Origin: an uncultured Methanoregulaceae archaeon
GTDB taxonomy: Archaea > Halobacteriota > Methanomicrobia > Methanomicrobiales > Methanospirillaceae
Direction: 5' to 3'
Assembly (NCBI GenBank): GCA_963841015.1
Contig: CAWJAX010000005.1
Location: 384,001 to 448,000, forward strand
DNA length: 64,000 bases
In this document: positions 8,469-19,855 of the stretch, piece by piece
How the letters are laid out: each line of letters begins with the position of its first letter
Position numbering within the stretch: position 1 is the first letter of the stretch
The notes under the pieces: model-generated
Told to the model about the DNA's origin: nothing
The model's database searches: none
Seen by the model: only the letters and a program-made list of their open reading frames with translations
Made by a program: the position numbers and the translations under genes

Positions 8469-9881
8469 TTAGAAATCCCCATCCTGTTCAAAGCTCCTGC
8501 CATACCTGATTGCCAGCTCTGCTTTGTATAATTCTCTTCCAAGATACGCGGCATGATCAAGGAGTGAAACATCCTCATGCGACAGGATGGTGTACAGCAC
8601 ATCCTGCCAGTGCCTTCCCCGAACAGCCTTGCCGTGGATCACTGCAATAATATAATCACCCTCAATGCCAATACGGAAGTTGCCTTTTGGATCATACGTG
8701 ATTTCAGCGGGCATTTTCTTTGCAGGGGTTATTGTATCATAGTCAAGCGGTGGTTCACGCCTTTTCCGCTTTTCCTTGAGCACAAGCATATCGATGCCGA
8801 GATCTTTTGGATAGGGGCGGTCAGAGCAGAGTGACATCATTTCTGTCGCCCGACGCATCTCCCGGATTGATCCCATGGTCTTGTCCGAGTGCTCGCTGGT
8901 AAAGATTATTGAAGCGCCCGATTCATATGCCATGCCGGCCAGTAATGCATTAACACCAATGGAGTCTGCATCGAGAAGCTCAACAACGTTCCCGGCACCA
9001 AAGAAGAGCGGATACCCCGTATACTTAAAATTCTTCAGGGAAGTGACAAGACCGGAACCCACCGGCTGGAGCAAAGGATCAGCAATGATACATTCAATGC
9101 CCGCACGTTCTGCCAGCGCAAGGTTCTTTTTAAGCGTGCTGTTGCCCGGTACAATAACAGCTGCAACCCCTGCATCCGCAACATCAGCACCCACTGCGGG
9201 AATGTTGGTCTCCTGCAGGCTGAGGATAATATCAGCCCGCACCAGTGCTGTACGGATCAGATCAGGGTGTTGGGAATCAACAGCGAGAGGGCGGTCAATA
9301 TCATCTAACAAAGAGAAGACCCGCGACACATCCTCCGGTATAGCATCGAAGCCAAACCCAAGGTCAACGATATCGGCACCCGAACCAAAATAGTATTCTA
9401 CTACCTCCCGGATATTGGGACACCTGTGGGCATCCATCACTTCTGCAAGAACCTTGATCCGTGATCCGTCACCGATCTTGGTATTCCGGATCACAAAATC
9501 GAATCCGGCATCATGCTCCCGTTCTCCGATTTTTTTGTACGCGGCTTCTGCTTTTCTCCCGGCAAGAAAGTCGTCAGCGGGAATTGTGCGCGAGAGCGTT
9601 ATCGTATCGAGAAGTGGAAGGATCATCGCAAGGTCTGCAGCATGCCGGGGACCGCGGTAAACAGGGACGCCAGTCTCACGTTCTACCTGTTCAAATGATG
9701 CAGTGCACATACCGGAGACGATTACCAGATCATACTCTCCTTTTTTGATCAGAACATGGAGCATGTGGGGTGTAATAAACGATGCAATTTCTCCCGTCAC
9801 CACTACCTTCGCGTCATAACCCGCCGCCGCACATTTTACCATTTCTTCGGTGGCGGCACCAGTGGGCAGGAGGATGCGCAT
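8469..9881 (-). CDS. Dihydropteroate synthase-like protein (MJ0107 type, methanopterin pathway)
   Basis: GADIVDLG, GNVVELLDADSIG, YPKDLG and LDHAAYLGRELYKAE motifs. Confidence 0.8.
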   Translation of the reverse strand: MRILLPTGAATEEMVKCAAAGYDAKVVVTGEIASFITPHMLHVLIKKGEYDLVIVSGMCTASFEQVERETGVPVYRGPRHAADLAMILPLLDTITLSRTIPADDFLAGRKAEAAYKKIGEREHDAGFDFVIRNTKIGDGSRIKVLAEVMDAHRCPNIREVVEYYFGSGADIVDLGFGFDAIPEDVSRVFSLLDDIDRPLAVDSQHPDLIRTALVRADIILSLQETNIPAVGADVADAGVAAVIVPGNSTLKKNLALAERAGIECIIADPLLQPVGSGLVTSLKNFKYTGYPLFFGAGNVVELLDADSIGVNALLAGMAYESGASIIFTSEHSDKTMGSIREMRRATEMMSLCSDRPYPKDLGIDMLVLKEKRKRREPPLDYDTITPAKKMPAEITYDPKGNFRIGIEGDYIIAVIHGKAVRGRHWQDVLYTILSHEDVSLLDHAAYLGRELYKAELAIRYGRSFEQDGDF

Positions 9882-9922
9882 AAGTTCCCTTAATATCAGA
9901 GAGATAAAAACACTATGATCAG

Positions 9923-10600
9923 ATGCTTATCTGCGATTTGCACGTGCATACCAATTTTTCAAAAGACGGGGAGAGCAGTGTCGAAGAGATCCTCAAAAAA
10001 GCAGAAGAGGTCGGGCTTGACGTAATCGCTATCACCGACCATGATTCTATTGACGGTGCAAAAAAAGCACTTTCGTGCACTACATCTGTTCTTGTTATTC
10101 CGGGTATCGAAGTCTCAACCAAGCAGGGGCACCTTATAATTCTTGGAGTGACTGAGTTGATTCCGGCTGGACTTGATGTAGTTGATACGATTGAGATTGC
10201 CCGGAAAATGGGGGCGCTCCTGATCCTGCCACATCCCTACCATGTCTGGCGTCATGGTGTTGCCCGCCGGAAAAAAGCCGGTATGGGCGCGGTTGATGCT
10301 ATCGAAACGTTCAATAGCCGGTACATTGTGGGTTCAGCAAACCGGAAAGCTGCACGCATTGCAAAAAAGCTGGGGAAACCCTGTGTTGCAGGGAGTGATG
10401 CCCATCACGCGCGATTCGTTGGATTCGGCAGAACTTTTATCGATGCCGAGCGGGACATACCTTCAATCCTTGCTGCAATCCGGGCCGGGAAATTAACCTG
10501 TGGCGGACGACAGACACCTTTGCGGACCTACACACACCAGTCTCTGAACAATACATGGAGAAAGATCAAACGATTTACACGGCGCGTGCATCTCCGATGA
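9923..10600 (+). CDS. PHP domain protein
   Basis: DLHVHT, AITDHD, PHP and GSDAH motifs. Confidence 0.88.
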   Translation: MLICDLHVHTNFSKDGESSVEEILKKAEEVGLDVIAITDHDSIDGAKKALSCTTSVLVIPGIEVSTKQGHLIILGVTELIPAGLDVVDTIEIARKMGALLILPHPYHVWRHGVARRKKAGMGAVDAIETFNSRYIVGSANRKAARIAKKLGKPCVAGSDAHHARFVGFGRTFIDAERDIPSILAAIRAGKLTCGGRQTPLRTYTHQSLNNTWRKIKRFTRRVHLR

Positions 10601-11391
10601 GGCTGGGGTTCCGTGTATCCTATCTGGGAAGCAGGTTTTTTGGCTCCCAGATGCAGGAAGCACACCGCACAGTTGAGGGCGAATTTGTTGCAACCTGCCA
10701 GCGGTTGAGTCTTTTTTCCGATTGGCGTAAAGCAGGATTCCTTTTTGCCGGAAGAACCGATCGCGGCGTCCATGCATGCGGACAGATTGCAGCATTCTCG
10801 ACAGATTTCCCTGACCGTGCAATTCTGACAATGAATCTCAAGCTACCTCCAGACTGCTGGTGCACCGGCTTTGCTGAAGTGCCTCCTGAGTTTCACCCGC
10901 GGTTCGATGCGAAGTCCAGAACGTACCGCTATTATTTCTCAAAATCACCTTCTGACATCTCTTCCATGGAGCGGGCTGCACACTCTTTTACAGGTTGTCA
11001 CAATTTCACAAATTTTGCCCGTGTCGGTGATAAAAATCCCTGGAGGAACATCCTTGAGATTAAGATCGGGGAAAATGAGGGTTTTCATTATCTTGAAGTG
11101 AAGGCGGAAAGCTTTTTGTGGCACCAGGTCCGGTGTATGGCTGCGGCGCTTCTTCAAGTGGGTGAAAATGAACAGGATGAGGCATTTATCTCATCCCTTC
11201 TTGAAGACAAAGCAAAAAGACCCCTGCAGCCAGCCCCGGCTGAAGGACTTATTCTCTGGGATACCGATTGCGGAATTGAGTGGATTCCGATACCCATGGA
11301 CCAGCGAAGCAGTACGCATATGGATCATGTTGTGCGACATCACGCGCTGATGACAAAGGTGTGCAGGGTGTTAAAGACACCGGATTTTTAA
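10597..11391 (+). CDS. truA: tRNA pseudouridine(38-40) synthase
   Basis: YLGSRFFGSQ, AGRTDRGVHA, SFLWHQVR and PAPAEGL motifs; ATGA overlap with the PHP gene. Confidence 0.92.
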   Translation: MRLGFRVSYLGSRFFGSQMQEAHRTVEGEFVATCQRLSLFSDWRKAGFLFAGRTDRGVHACGQIAAFSTDFPDRAILTMNLKLPPDCWCTGFAEVPPEFHPRFDAKSRTYRYYFSKSPSDISSMERAAHSFTGCHNFTNFARVGDKNPWRNILEIKIGENEGFHYLEVKAESFLWHQVRCMAAALLQVGENEQDEAFISSLLEDKAKRPLQPAPAEGLILWDTDCGIEWIPIPMDQRSSTHMDHVVRHHALMTKVCRVLKTPDF

Positions 11392-11443
11392 AAATTACCG
11401 CCCGCGTATTTTTAAAATCCGATCCGGGTAATTATTGTATTTC

Positions 11444-11896
11444 TCATGCACGGCCACTGGTATTTGCAGCAGCACTTACGGCAGAGGCAACGGTTTTCAC
11501 AACACGTCGGTTGAGAACCAATGGGAGGACCCTTTCTTTTTGTGGTCGTTTGACAAACCCGGCAAGCGCATGAGCGGCTGCAACCTTCATCTCATCGGAG
11601 ATCCGAGTAGCATGTACATCAAGAGCACCGCGGAATATCCCTGGAAACGCAAATGTGTAGTTGATCTGGTTGGGATATTCATTTAGTCCGGTTCCTACAA
11701 TTGCCGCCCCGGCCTGACGGGCATCATGGGGAAGAATCTCCGGCATGGGATGTGCAAGTGCAAAGACAATGGGATCCTTGTTCATTGACCGGATCATGGC
11801 CGGGGTAATGACTGCCGGCACTGACACCCCTCTACAGACACCGGCTCCCTGCATTGCATCAGTGAGATCTCCCGTCCGTCCCTTTTTGGTGGTCTG
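11444..11896 (-). pseudogene. Remnant of an NAD(P)-dependent malic enzyme, C-terminal part only
   Basis: PIVFALAHPMPEI, YPNQIN and AFPGIFRGALDV match the malic enzyme C-terminus with degenerate residues; an in-frame TAG lies just upstream and the N-terminal domain is absent. Confidence 0.75.
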
Positions 11897-11928
11897 CTAT
11901 CAATCTTGTCTTGAGAAACAGGGAAATA

Positions 11929-12354
11929 TTAAGGGATGGTTGTTCCAAATGTCGTGTCAATCCATGCCTCAATCAGGTCCCGCACCTTACGATAACCTTC
12001 GAGGACTTCCTCATCGCTGCCGGGTGTCAGGTGGGGATCTGAAAACCCGTGGTGAATGGTCTTTTTTGCTCCGGATACAATCGGGCAAATGGCGTGGGCA
12101 TTGTCACACAGAGTTGCTGCGAGATCAAAGGAGGCCCCCCCAAACTCTGCGAGGGTTTTTGAACGATGGTGAGAGATGTCGATCCCGATCTCCTGCATCA
12201 CGGTTATCGCCCGGGCGCTCACTACAGCCTTACGGGTGCCGGCGGAGAAAGCTTCGTACCGTTCCCCGTATTTTGCCCGGAGCAGCCCTTCTGCCATCTG
12301 GGAGCGGGCGGCATTTGCCGTGCAGATAAAGAGGACCCGCGGTTTTAGTGTCAT
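11929..12354 (-). CDS. arsC: Arsenate reductase, LMW-PTP family
   Basis: FICTANAARSQMAEG P-loop, TLCD-CP and FSDP motifs. Confidence 0.88.
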   Translation of the reverse strand: MTLKPRVLFICTANAARSQMAEGLLRAKYGERYEAFSAGTRKAVVSARAITVMQEIGIDISHHRSKTLAEFGGASFDLAATLCDNAHAICPIVSGAKKTIHHGFSDPHLTPGSDEEVLEGYRKVRDLIEAWIDTTFGTTIP

Positions 12355-12373
12355 GTTTACGAGTTTTATCTCC

Positions 12374-12610
12374 TTAGTTGTCCGTATCGTGCATCATGGG
12401 GCAGGGCACGTTTATAACTATGCGGTATTCTCTGCTTTCACCATAGAATGACAACAGACACTGCCGCCCCCGCCCGTCTTTGGGAAGGATCCCCAGCTGA
12501 CGGTCATCAGCGCTCAACACCGACTCTACCTTATACCCTTTATCCGGGTTATACCCGCTTGGACTCTGGGCAGCAGTACTTTTTTCCGGAACTATTTTTT
12601 TTGGGGCCAT
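12374..12610 (-). CDS. Hypothetical protein, 78 aa
   Basis: ATG ORF filling the gap directly upstream of arsC; its stop abuts the GGAG RBS of arsC. Confidence 0.45.
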   Translation of the reverse strand: MAPKKIVPEKSTAAQSPSGYNPDKGYKVESVLSADDRQLGILPKDGRGRQCLLSFYGESREYRIVINVPCPMMHDTDN

Positions 12611-12786
12611 CCGGATTCTTTTAACAGTGGTGAATTTCCGGGTATTTATCCTTTTTTTAGAAAAACCAGAAAAAAACTGAATTTTTTTTGGAACTTGTAT
12701 GAAAAAGGAGGTCTTTTCCGATACCCGGGTCCAAGACAGCCCCCCGCTCTTTTTATTATTCCTCCCGCCAACATTCCATCAACGAT

Positions 12787-13281
12787 ATGGTGGCATTTGA
12801 TTGTACCTGGTGCGGAAAGTGCTGTGCGAGCTTCGGGGAGTTTATAAAAATTGAGCGTCAGCTCACCAGCCGCGATTATTATTGCCGGTACGGGATAAAG
12901 AACGAGCTGTTTCTCGCCCATATTGAAGGAGACTTTGGCGACAGTCAACCCCCCTCATCAAAAGACAGTGAAACGGTAAAAGGCTGCCCGTTCATGCGGA
13001 AAAACCCGTCGGGCAAAGGTTTTGCCTGTGCAGTCTATGCCACCCGCCCGCAAATCTGCAGGGAGTTCCGCTGCTACCGGATGGTGATCTATCATAAGGA
13101 GGGTCATGAGTGTGGCAGGATACTGGGACGCAACGAACTAAAAACAAGTGACGAATCACTGGCACAGATCTGGAAAGAATATATCACCCCCCGGCTGCCT
13201 CACCCCAGTGATACCCGATGGGATACTGCCGTGACTGAGGCGCTTGCCGATCACGGATATCTTGGGGAACGGGTTGAATAA
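12787..13281 (+). CDS. YkgJ-family cysteine-cluster protein
   Basis: FDCTWCGKCC, CPF and CAVYATRPQICREF motifs. Confidence 0.85.
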   Translation: MVAFDCTWCGKCCASFGEFIKIERQLTSRDYYCRYGIKNELFLAHIEGDFGDSQPPSSKDSETVKGCPFMRKNPSGKGFACAVYATRPQICREFRCYRMVIYHKEGHECGRILGRNELKTSDESLAQIWKEYITPRLPHPSDTRWDTAVTEALADHGYLGERVE

Positions 13282-13307
13282 TTATTTTGTTGGTACTGCT
13301 GTGACAT

Positions 13308-14096
13308 TTACCTCCCTCCCTTCATAGCAGATACATATTCCTTCAGCTCACGCTCCATTACATCCTTATCCTGAAGGTTCCGTTCGACAATTTCAACAAT
13401 TGCACTCCCGACTATAACACCCTCTGCACCAGCACTGGCGCATGTCTGTGCATGTGCGGGAGTTGAGATGCCAAAGCCGAGGGCAAGCGGAAGCGCTGTG
13501 TGCCTGCGGACACGGTACAGGAGATCGATTGCCTCTTCGGATACCTTTTCACGCACTCCGGTTACCCCGAATGCTGCAATAAGGTAAAGGTACCCCCGTG
13601 CTTTTGCAATGATCTTTTTCATCCGATCATCAGAGGTTGTCTGGGCGACAAGAAAGATGGGATCGATACGGTACCGCGATGCAACTGCACAGATCTCCCC
13701 AGCCTCTTCGACCGGCATATCGGCTATCAGGATACCGTCAACACCTGCATCGTGCGCTTCACGGTAGAACCGCTCGATACCGCGGTGATGGACAATGTTG
13801 TAATAGGTAAGGAACACGATCGGCACCTCGGATTCCCTGCGGATCTCCCGTACGATGTCAAACACGGTATCCGGTGTTGTGTTGGCGGCAAGCGCCCTTT
13901 CATCGGCTTTCTGGATTGTCGGACCATCCGCCACCGGGTCAGAGAAGGGCACCCCCAGTTCAAGGATGTCCGTTCCCCCGGCTATCAACGCCCGGGCAAT
14001 CCCGATACAGGTGTCCTTATCCGGATCCCCGGCTACCACAAAGCCGATGAACGCCGGCCTTTTCAATGCGGTAAAAGCCTTCTCGATCCGTCCCAT
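13308..14096 (-). CDS. trpA: Tryptophan synthase alpha chain
   Basis: ELGVPFSDPVADGPTIQ, GFGIS and GVIVGSA motifs. Confidence 0.95.
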   Translation of the reverse strand: MGRIEKAFTALKRPAFIGFVVAGDPDKDTCIGIARALIAGGTDILELGVPFSDPVADGPTIQKADERALAANTTPDTVFDIVREIRRESEVPIVFLTYYNIVHHRGIERFYREAHDAGVDGILIADMPVEEAGEICAVASRYRIDPIFLVAQTTSDDRMKKIIAKARGYLYLIAAFGVTGVREKVSEEAIDLLYRVRRHTALPLALGFGISTPAHAQTCASAGAEGVIVGSAIVEIVERNLQDKDVMERELKEYVSAMKGGR

Positions 14097-15277
14097 CAGG
14101 ATCTCCCCGTTATGGCTGCCACTTCAGCCACATCCTTGTCGCCACGCCCCGAGAGATTGATGACAACGATGTCATCACGGTCAAACCGGTCCGCATTCTG
14201 CATCACATAGGCTACCGCATGGGCTGACTCCAGTGCCGGTATGATTCCCTCAGTTTTTGAGAGGAACCTGAAAGCGTCCAGTACTTCAGGGTCATTGACT
14301 GCTGCGTAGGTCACGCGGTTGTTGTCCCTGAGCATCGCATGTTCCGGACCAACACCCGGGTAGTCAAGCCCGGCTGAGATACTGTGCGTGGGTAACACCT
14401 GCCCGTTCTCATCCTGTAAGAGGTAAGAAAGCGTCCCGTGCAGTACTCCCACATCGCCGGCACAGAGCGTGGCAGAATGCCTGCCCGTTTCAATCCCTTC
14501 ACCTCCGGCTTCGATCCCGATCAGTTCCACCTCATCAGAAAGGAACGGGTAGAAGATCCCGATCGCATTCGAACCCCCGCCTACGCAGGCAACAATGGTA
14601 TCGGGGAGCCTGCCCTCTTTTTTCATCATCTGTTCCCGTGCCTCTTGGCCAATTACCGACTGGAAGTCCCGGACCATGAGCGGGTACGGGTGCGGGCCTA
14701 CAACAGAGCCGATAAGATAGTAGGTGTCCTGGACGTTTGCAACCCAGTCGCGGAGTGCTTCATTGATCGCATCCTTGAGTGTCCGTGTCCCTGATTTCAC
14801 CGGGATCACCGTTGCGCCCATCAGTTCCATGCGAAAGACATTGAGCGCCTGTCGCCGGGTGTCCACCTCGCCCATGTAGACTTCGACAGGGATGCCAAGT
14901 GCTGCACCGACAATCGCCGTAGCAACCCCGTGCTGCCCGGCGCCGGTCTCGGCAATCAGCCGTTTCTTGCCCATCCGTTGTGCAAGAAGCGCCTGCCCAA
15001 GGGTATTGTTCAGTTTATGTGAGCCACCATGCACAAGATCCTCGCGCTTCAGGTATATCATACACCCGAGTTCCCGTGAGGCATTCGGACAGAAGGTGAG
15101 TGGTGTCTCGCGCCCCGCGTATTCTGCCTGCAATGCTGCAAGATCGCTGATGAACTGCGGATCCCTTCTTACCCTTCCGTACGCATCTTCAAGTTCGATG
15201 AGGGCGCTCATCAGGGTCTCTGAGACATACTGCCCACCGTATTTTCCATATCTTCCCTTTGTCGTCAGACTACTCAA
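14096..15277 (-). CDS. trpB: Tryptophan synthase beta chain
   Basis: [24 protein letters not shown] and [11 protein letters not shown] motifs; start codon (TTG or nearby CTG) uncertain. Confidence 0.95.
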   Translation of the reverse strand: MSSLTTKGRYGKYGGQYVSETLMSALIELEDAYGRVRRDPQFISDLAALQAEYAGRETPLTFCPNASRELGCMIYLKREDLVHGGSHKLNNTLGQALLAQRMGKKRLIAETGAGQHGVATAIVGAALGIPVEVYMGEVDTRRQALNVFRMELMGATVIPVKSGTRTLKDAINEALRDWVANVQDTYYLIGSVVGPHPYPLMVRDFQSVIGQEAREQMMKKEGRLPDTIVACVGGGSNAIGIFYPFLSDEVELIGIEAGGEGIETGRHSATLCAGDVGVLHGTLSYLLQDENGQVLPTHSISAGLDYPGVGPEHAMLRDNNRVTYAAVNDPEVLDAFRFLSKTEGIIPALESAHAVAYVMQNADRFDRDDIVVINLSGRGDKDVAEVAAITGRS

Positions 15278-15846
15278 CTCCGTGCTGCCGCGATGAACGC
15301 AGCAATTTTTTGGTGATCTTTGATACCCGGTACCTTCTCAATACCGCTTGCTACGTCAACGGCATACGGCTGGACCTGCCGGATGGCCTCTGCCACATTT
15401 TCCGGATTCAGGCCTCCTGCAAGGATTACCGGTACTTTCGCTCTCCCGACAACATCGCGGGCATGAGACCTGTCAAAGTCTCTCCCGCTGCCGTGGCTCT
15501 CATCTACGATAATTGCGTCACAGTCTTCAGGCAGCGGTTTGTCCCGCCCGATTACCCGGATCACCCTTGCGCCCGGTTTGTTCAGGAATACAAAAGGGTG
15601 AGATATCTGGATTGCATCCGGGTTGAGTGCAAGGATTTGTTCGAGGTCGTTGTCTGATGAGGTGTGACTCACCGCGACTCTTGTGGTAAATGGTCCCACC
15701 GCATCAAATATTTCCCGAGCCCGTGCCGGCGTGACATTCCGGAGGGATGCGGGGGAAAAAATCACGACACCTATTGCATCCGCGCCGCACGCTTCCGCAA
15801 ATCGGGCATCGTCCGGCCTTGTAATTCCGCAGCACTTTATGCGCAT
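15274..15846 (-). CDS. trpF: Phosphoribosylanthranilate isomerase
   Basis: [17 protein letters not shown] and DVASGIE motifs. Confidence 0.93.
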   Translation of the reverse strand: MRIKCCGITRPDDARFAEACGADAIGVVIFSPASLRNVTPARAREIFDAVGPFTTRVAVSHTSSDNDLEQILALNPDAIQISHPFVFLNKPGARVIRVIGRDKPLPEDCDAIIVDESHGSGRDFDRSHARDVVGRAKVPVILAGGLNPENVAEAIRQVQPYAVDVASGIEKVPGIKDHQKIAAFIAAARS

Positions 15847-16592
15847 ACAAATTCCTCGAGTTTTTTTTCAGGCCGTTGCTGCTCCATGATCGATGAACCG
15901 ATCAGGAATGCATCGCAGAAGGGTTTCAATTCCCTGATATCATCTGCTGACCGCATACCGCTCTCGGATACGATCGCTCTCCCGGCAGATCGAATGCTTT
16001 CTGACAGCTGGCGGGTAGTGGAACGGTCGATGGTAAGAGTCGAGAGGTTACGGTTATTGATCCCGATCAGTTCAGCCCGCGTGGCAAGGGCGGTCTCCAC
16101 CTCCCCTGCGTTATGGACCTCGACAAGCGGTTCAAGGCCGTAATCGTATGCAAGATCAACAAATACAGGAAGACGATCTTTAAGCACCGCTGTAATCAGC
16201 AGTACCGCATCAGCCCCGAGTGCCCGGGACTCAGCGATCTGGTGTTCATCGATAATGAAGTCCTTGCGCAGAACCGGTATACTTACTGCAGATTTTACCC
16301 GTGCGATATCCTGTCCTGTTCCCCCGAAGTAATAGGGTTCCGTCAGGATCGACAGTGCGACGCATCCACTTCCAGAAAGTGCACCGGCCATCATCTCCAT
16401 ATCCACATTGCGCCGGATGACTCCCCGGCTGGGAGAGGTGCATTTTATCTCTGCGATGACAGCATTCATGCCGTTTCGGTTCCGTATCGCATCGATCAGG
16501 CTTACCTGAGGGTAAAAACCGTTCTCGGTAAAAGATGCAGGCAGACGGGCAACCCTTTTTTGGGTGCACCGGATAATCTCATCGAGGATCAT
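15837..16592 (-). CDS. trpC: Indole-3-glycerol phosphate synthase
   Basis: [22 protein letters not shown] and VSESG motifs. Confidence 0.94.
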   Translation of the reverse strand: MILDEIIRCTQKRVARLPASFTENGFYPQVSLIDAIRNRNGMNAVIAEIKCTSPSRGVIRRNVDMEMMAGALSGSGCVALSILTEPYYFGGTGQDIARVKSAVSIPVLRKDFIIDEHQIAESRALGADAVLLITAVLKDRLPVFVDLAYDYGLEPLVEVHNAGEVETALATRAELIGINNRNLSTLTIDRSTTRQLSESIRSAGRAIVSESGMRSADDIRELKPFCDAFLIGSSIMEQQRPEKKLEEFVCA

Positions 16593-17608
16593 GCTATCCC
16601 TCGTGTTGCATCCACCAGTGCAGTGAGCCGGGCAGATGCATTCCCTGAATCTATGGAAATGGCGGCAAGCCGTATCCCTTCATGAAGATCCTGTGCCACC
16701 CCGCCAACGTAGATTGCTGCTCCTGCATTCATGAGCACGATATTACGTGCTGCACCCCGCTCACCCTGCAGGATGTCCCTGATGATACCGGCGTTCGTCT
16801 GAGCATCACCTCCTCTGAGATCCGCTGGCTGTGCAGGTGCTATGCCAAACCTGTCACAATGGATCGTGTACTCCCGGATTATACCGGTATGAAGCTCGGC
16901 AACCACGGTCTCCCCGGTAGTTGTTATCTCGTCGAGACCGGATCCATGAACGACCATCGCCCGCGAGAGCCCGAGAATGCGCAGCACCTCTGCCATGGTA
17001 CTGGTAAGCCCCGAACGGTAGACGCCCAGGATCTGTGCCTGTGCACCTGCGGGATTTGCCAGAGGACCGAGAATGTTGAACACGGTCCTGCACCCGATCT
17101 CACTTCGTGCGGTCATGGTATGTTTCATCGCAGGGTGATAATAAGGGGCAAAGAAAAAGGCAATTCCGACCTTTTCCACAATATGTGCCTGCAATTCCGG
17201 TGCAGTTGCTAAATTTACTCCCAGTGCTGCGAGGACATCTGCCGAACCACACCTGCTGCTCATGCCCCTGTTGCCGTGTTTGACTACCGGACAACCGGCC
17301 CCTGCGGCAACAAAGGCAGAAGCGGTGCTGATGTTGAAGGTCTGCACCCCGTCTCCCCCGGTACCGCAGGTGTCTACCAGTATTCGCCCTATCGCCGGCT
17401 TTACTGTTATTGCATGATCCCGCATTACCCGGGCAAATGCAGCAATCTCTTCTGCGGTTTCACCCTTCATGCGTAATGCAAGGAGAAAAGCACCGATCTG
17501 CGCCTGTGATGCTCTCCCCTCCATAATTTCTCTCATCACATCAGCAGCTTCAGCAGCAGTAAGATCCTGCCGCCCGGCAAGTTTTGTGAGAGTCTCTTTG
17601 AACATCAT
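16589..17608 (-). CDS. trpD: Anthranilate phosphoribosyltransferase
   Basis: [19 protein letters not shown] and GLDE motifs. Confidence 0.95.
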   Translation of the reverse strand: MMFKETLTKLAGRQDLTAAEAADVMREIMEGRASQAQIGAFLLALRMKGETAEEIAAFARVMRDHAITVKPAIGRILVDTCGTGGDGVQTFNISTASAFVAAGAGCPVVKHGNRGMSSRCGSADVLAALGVNLATAPELQAHIVEKVGIAFFFAPYYHPAMKHTMTARSEIGCRTVFNILGPLANPAGAQAQILGVYRSGLTSTMAEVLRILGLSRAMVVHGSGLDEITTTGETVVAELHTGIIREYTIHCDRFGIAPAQPADLRGGDAQTNAGIIRDILQGERGAARNIVLMNAGAAIYVGGVAQDLHEGIRLAAISIDSGNASARLTALVDATRGIA

Positions 17609-18186
17609 TATGCCACCAAAGTGCCGGTAAGGAAATTTCTGATAATCCGATCGCCTTCCTGCGAGAGTATGCTCTCCGGGTGGAACTGCACCCCCTCTAT
17701 GGGAAAACAGGAGTGCCGCACTCCCATGACATACCCATCATCCAGGCTCGTAGCAGTCACCCTGAGTTCATGCGGAAGCGAATCTTTACCAGCAACCAGT
17801 GAATGGTACCGGGTTGCGATGAATGGTGCCGGAATACCGGTAAAAATCCCCTTACCATCATGCTGGATCGCGGAAGTCTTGCCATGCATCAGGTGATCTG
17901 CCCTGATGACTTCTCCCCCGAATGCAGAGCATATAACCTGGTGGCCGAGACAGACACCCAGCGTTGGAATTGTCCTGCTCATGGTGTCCAGTACTTCCGG
18001 ACAGACCCCCGAATCATGAGGAGTCCCCGGTCCGGGTGAAAGGATAATTCGCTCGCACCCGGACTTTTCAAGGCGTTCAAGAGGTGTATCGCAGGTCATA
18101 ACAACCGGATTGCCCCCAAGTTTGCCTACCTGCTGGTACAGGTTGAAGGTGAAACTGTCATAGCAGTCCACAATAAGGACTTTCAT
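17608..18186 (-). CDS. trpG: Anthranilate synthase component II
   Basis: [20 protein letters not shown] and QFHPES motifs; ATG at 18186 overlaps the trpE stop. Confidence 0.94.
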   Translation of the reverse strand: MKVLIVDCYDSFTFNLYQQVGKLGGNPVVMTCDTPLERLEKSGCERIILSPGPGTPHDSGVCPEVLDTMSRTIPTLGVCLGHQVICSAFGGEVIRADHLMHGKTSAIQHDGKGIFTGIPAPFIATRYHSLVAGKDSLPHELRVTATSLDDGYVMGVRHSCFPIEGVQFHPESILSQEGDRIIRNFLTGTLVA

Positions 18187-19724
18187 GAAAATACACCCGC
18201 CATCTCGATCGCACGCAGCATTGCGGATGCCTTGCTTCCGGTCTCCTTCCATTCATTTTCAGGGATCGAATCAGCAACAATTCCCGCTCCTACCTGTATG
18301 TAAGCCCTCCCATTGCGTACAATAATTGTCCGGATGGCAATGGCGAATTCAAGATTCCGGTCAAACCCGATATAACCAACAGCACCGGCATAGAGGCCAC
18401 GTTTTTGTGATTCTTCTTCTTCGATAATCTGCATCGCCCGTATTTTTGGGGCACCCGAAACCGTGCCGGCAGGAAAACAGGATTTGAATGCGTCATAACA
18501 GTCAAGGTTATCTTTGAGCATGCCATTGACCGTTGAAACAATATGCTGGACATGAGAGAATTTCTCGATACCCATAAATTCATCGACCTCCACGGAACCG
18601 AACCTGCACACCCTTCCCAGATCGTTTCGTGCAAGATCTATGAGCATCGTGTGTTCAGCCCGCTCCTTGGGATCCGCTAAGAGCTCGCGTGCAAGCAGTG
18701 CGTCTTCACGGGCATCGTGTCCCCGTGGACGGGTACCGGCGATCGGTACTGTTGTCACCCGCCGTTTTTCGACCCGCACAAGCATCTCCGGGCTCGCTCC
18801 AATAACCCGCTCGTCGCCAAAATCGAGATAATACATATACGGGCTCGGGTTGATCTCCCGGAGGGCGGCATAGATCGCGAATGGATCGTTCTTCACCGCA
18901 CACTCCATCCTGTGCGAGAGCACTGCCTGGAAGATGTCCCCTGCGAAAATATGTTCCTGTACATTCCTCACGGATCGCTCAAACTCTCTCTTCGATAGTG
19001 AAGGGATATATTCCGGTCTTTTTCCTTTTCCCTGCTTCAGCACAGCGCCGGTATGTTTCTTAGGTTTCAGGCCGGCAATATGCACCCGCAGGGTCTGGAT
19101 CTTATCAACACTGTGGTGATATTCTTTGACAAGGTCGGAATCGTAGGTGAGGAACGGGCTTGAAAAGATGAAGAGTTTGCGTTGTGCGTGATCAAAGATG
19201 ATGCAGTCTTTGGTAAGCATGAACCGGGCATCGTGATTTTCGCAGTCGCGGTTCTGTACCGAAGTCCGGCTGCTGTTGGTTCCCCTGCCAACTTTTCCAA
19301 AGAGGGAGTGCACGCAGTCATACGCGAAGTAACCGACCATTCCCCCGAAAAACCGGGGTGCGTTTACGTTCATATAGCAGAACCGGGAGAGGATTGATTT
19401 GATCTTGTCGACTGGGCTCTCCCCTTCAGGATCTTTTGCAATCGCAGTATACGGTTCATTTCCCTGAACATCTGCTGTATGCCCTATCGTGACCACGAAT
19501 TCGGGATCAATTCCGATATAAGAGTAGCGTGCAATTTTTTCGCTGCCTTCCATAGATTCGAGCAGGAATCCACATCCGTTCCTGGTGCCTGAGTACACAT
19601 CCAGGGGTGAGATATCCGGCAACGGAAGTTCAGCACAAAGGGGGATGATCAGCGGTTTTGGCTGATCATTCACTGCGGTGAGGTATTCCTGCAGTCCAAG
19701 GTTTAAGATGAGATCGTTTTTCAT
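18183..19724 (-). CDS. trpE: Anthranilate synthase component I
   Basis: LLESMEG, NPSPY, PIAGTRPRG, AEHTMLIDLARND and PAGTVSGAPK motifs. Confidence 0.95.
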   Translation of the reverse strand: MKNDLILNLGLQEYLTAVNDQPKPLIIPLCAELPLPDISPLDVYSGTRNGCGFLLESMEGSEKIARYSYIGIDPEFVVTIGHTADVQGNEPYTAIAKDPEGESPVDKIKSILSRFCYMNVNAPRFFGGMVGYFAYDCVHSLFGKVGRGTNSSRTSVQNRDCENHDARFMLTKDCIIFDHAQRKLFIFSSPFLTYDSDLVKEYHHSVDKIQTLRVHIAGLKPKKHTGAVLKQGKGKRPEYIPSLSKREFERSVRNVQEHIFAGDIFQAVLSHRMECAVKNDPFAIYAALREINPSPYMYYLDFGDERVIGASPEMLVRVEKRRVTTVPIAGTRPRGHDAREDALLARELLADPKERAEHTMLIDLARNDLGRVCRFGSVEVDEFMGIEKFSHVQHIVSTVNGMLKDNLDCYDAFKSCFPAGTVSGAPKIRAMQIIEEEESQKRGLYAGAVGYIGFDRNLEFAIAIRTIIVRNGRAYIQVGAGIVADSIPENEWKETGSKASAMLRAIEMAGVFS

Positions 19725-19855
19725 AGCTGAAATTTCCCCTCCCCTGGGGCTTCATCGTGAACCACACGGTTTTTCATAGTTTTTGCAATCCCCCAGTAAC
19801 TTTCTGGAGTTCTGCTGTGGGGGGCCAGTTTCTTCCCGGCAACAGTGAAGGTTCT

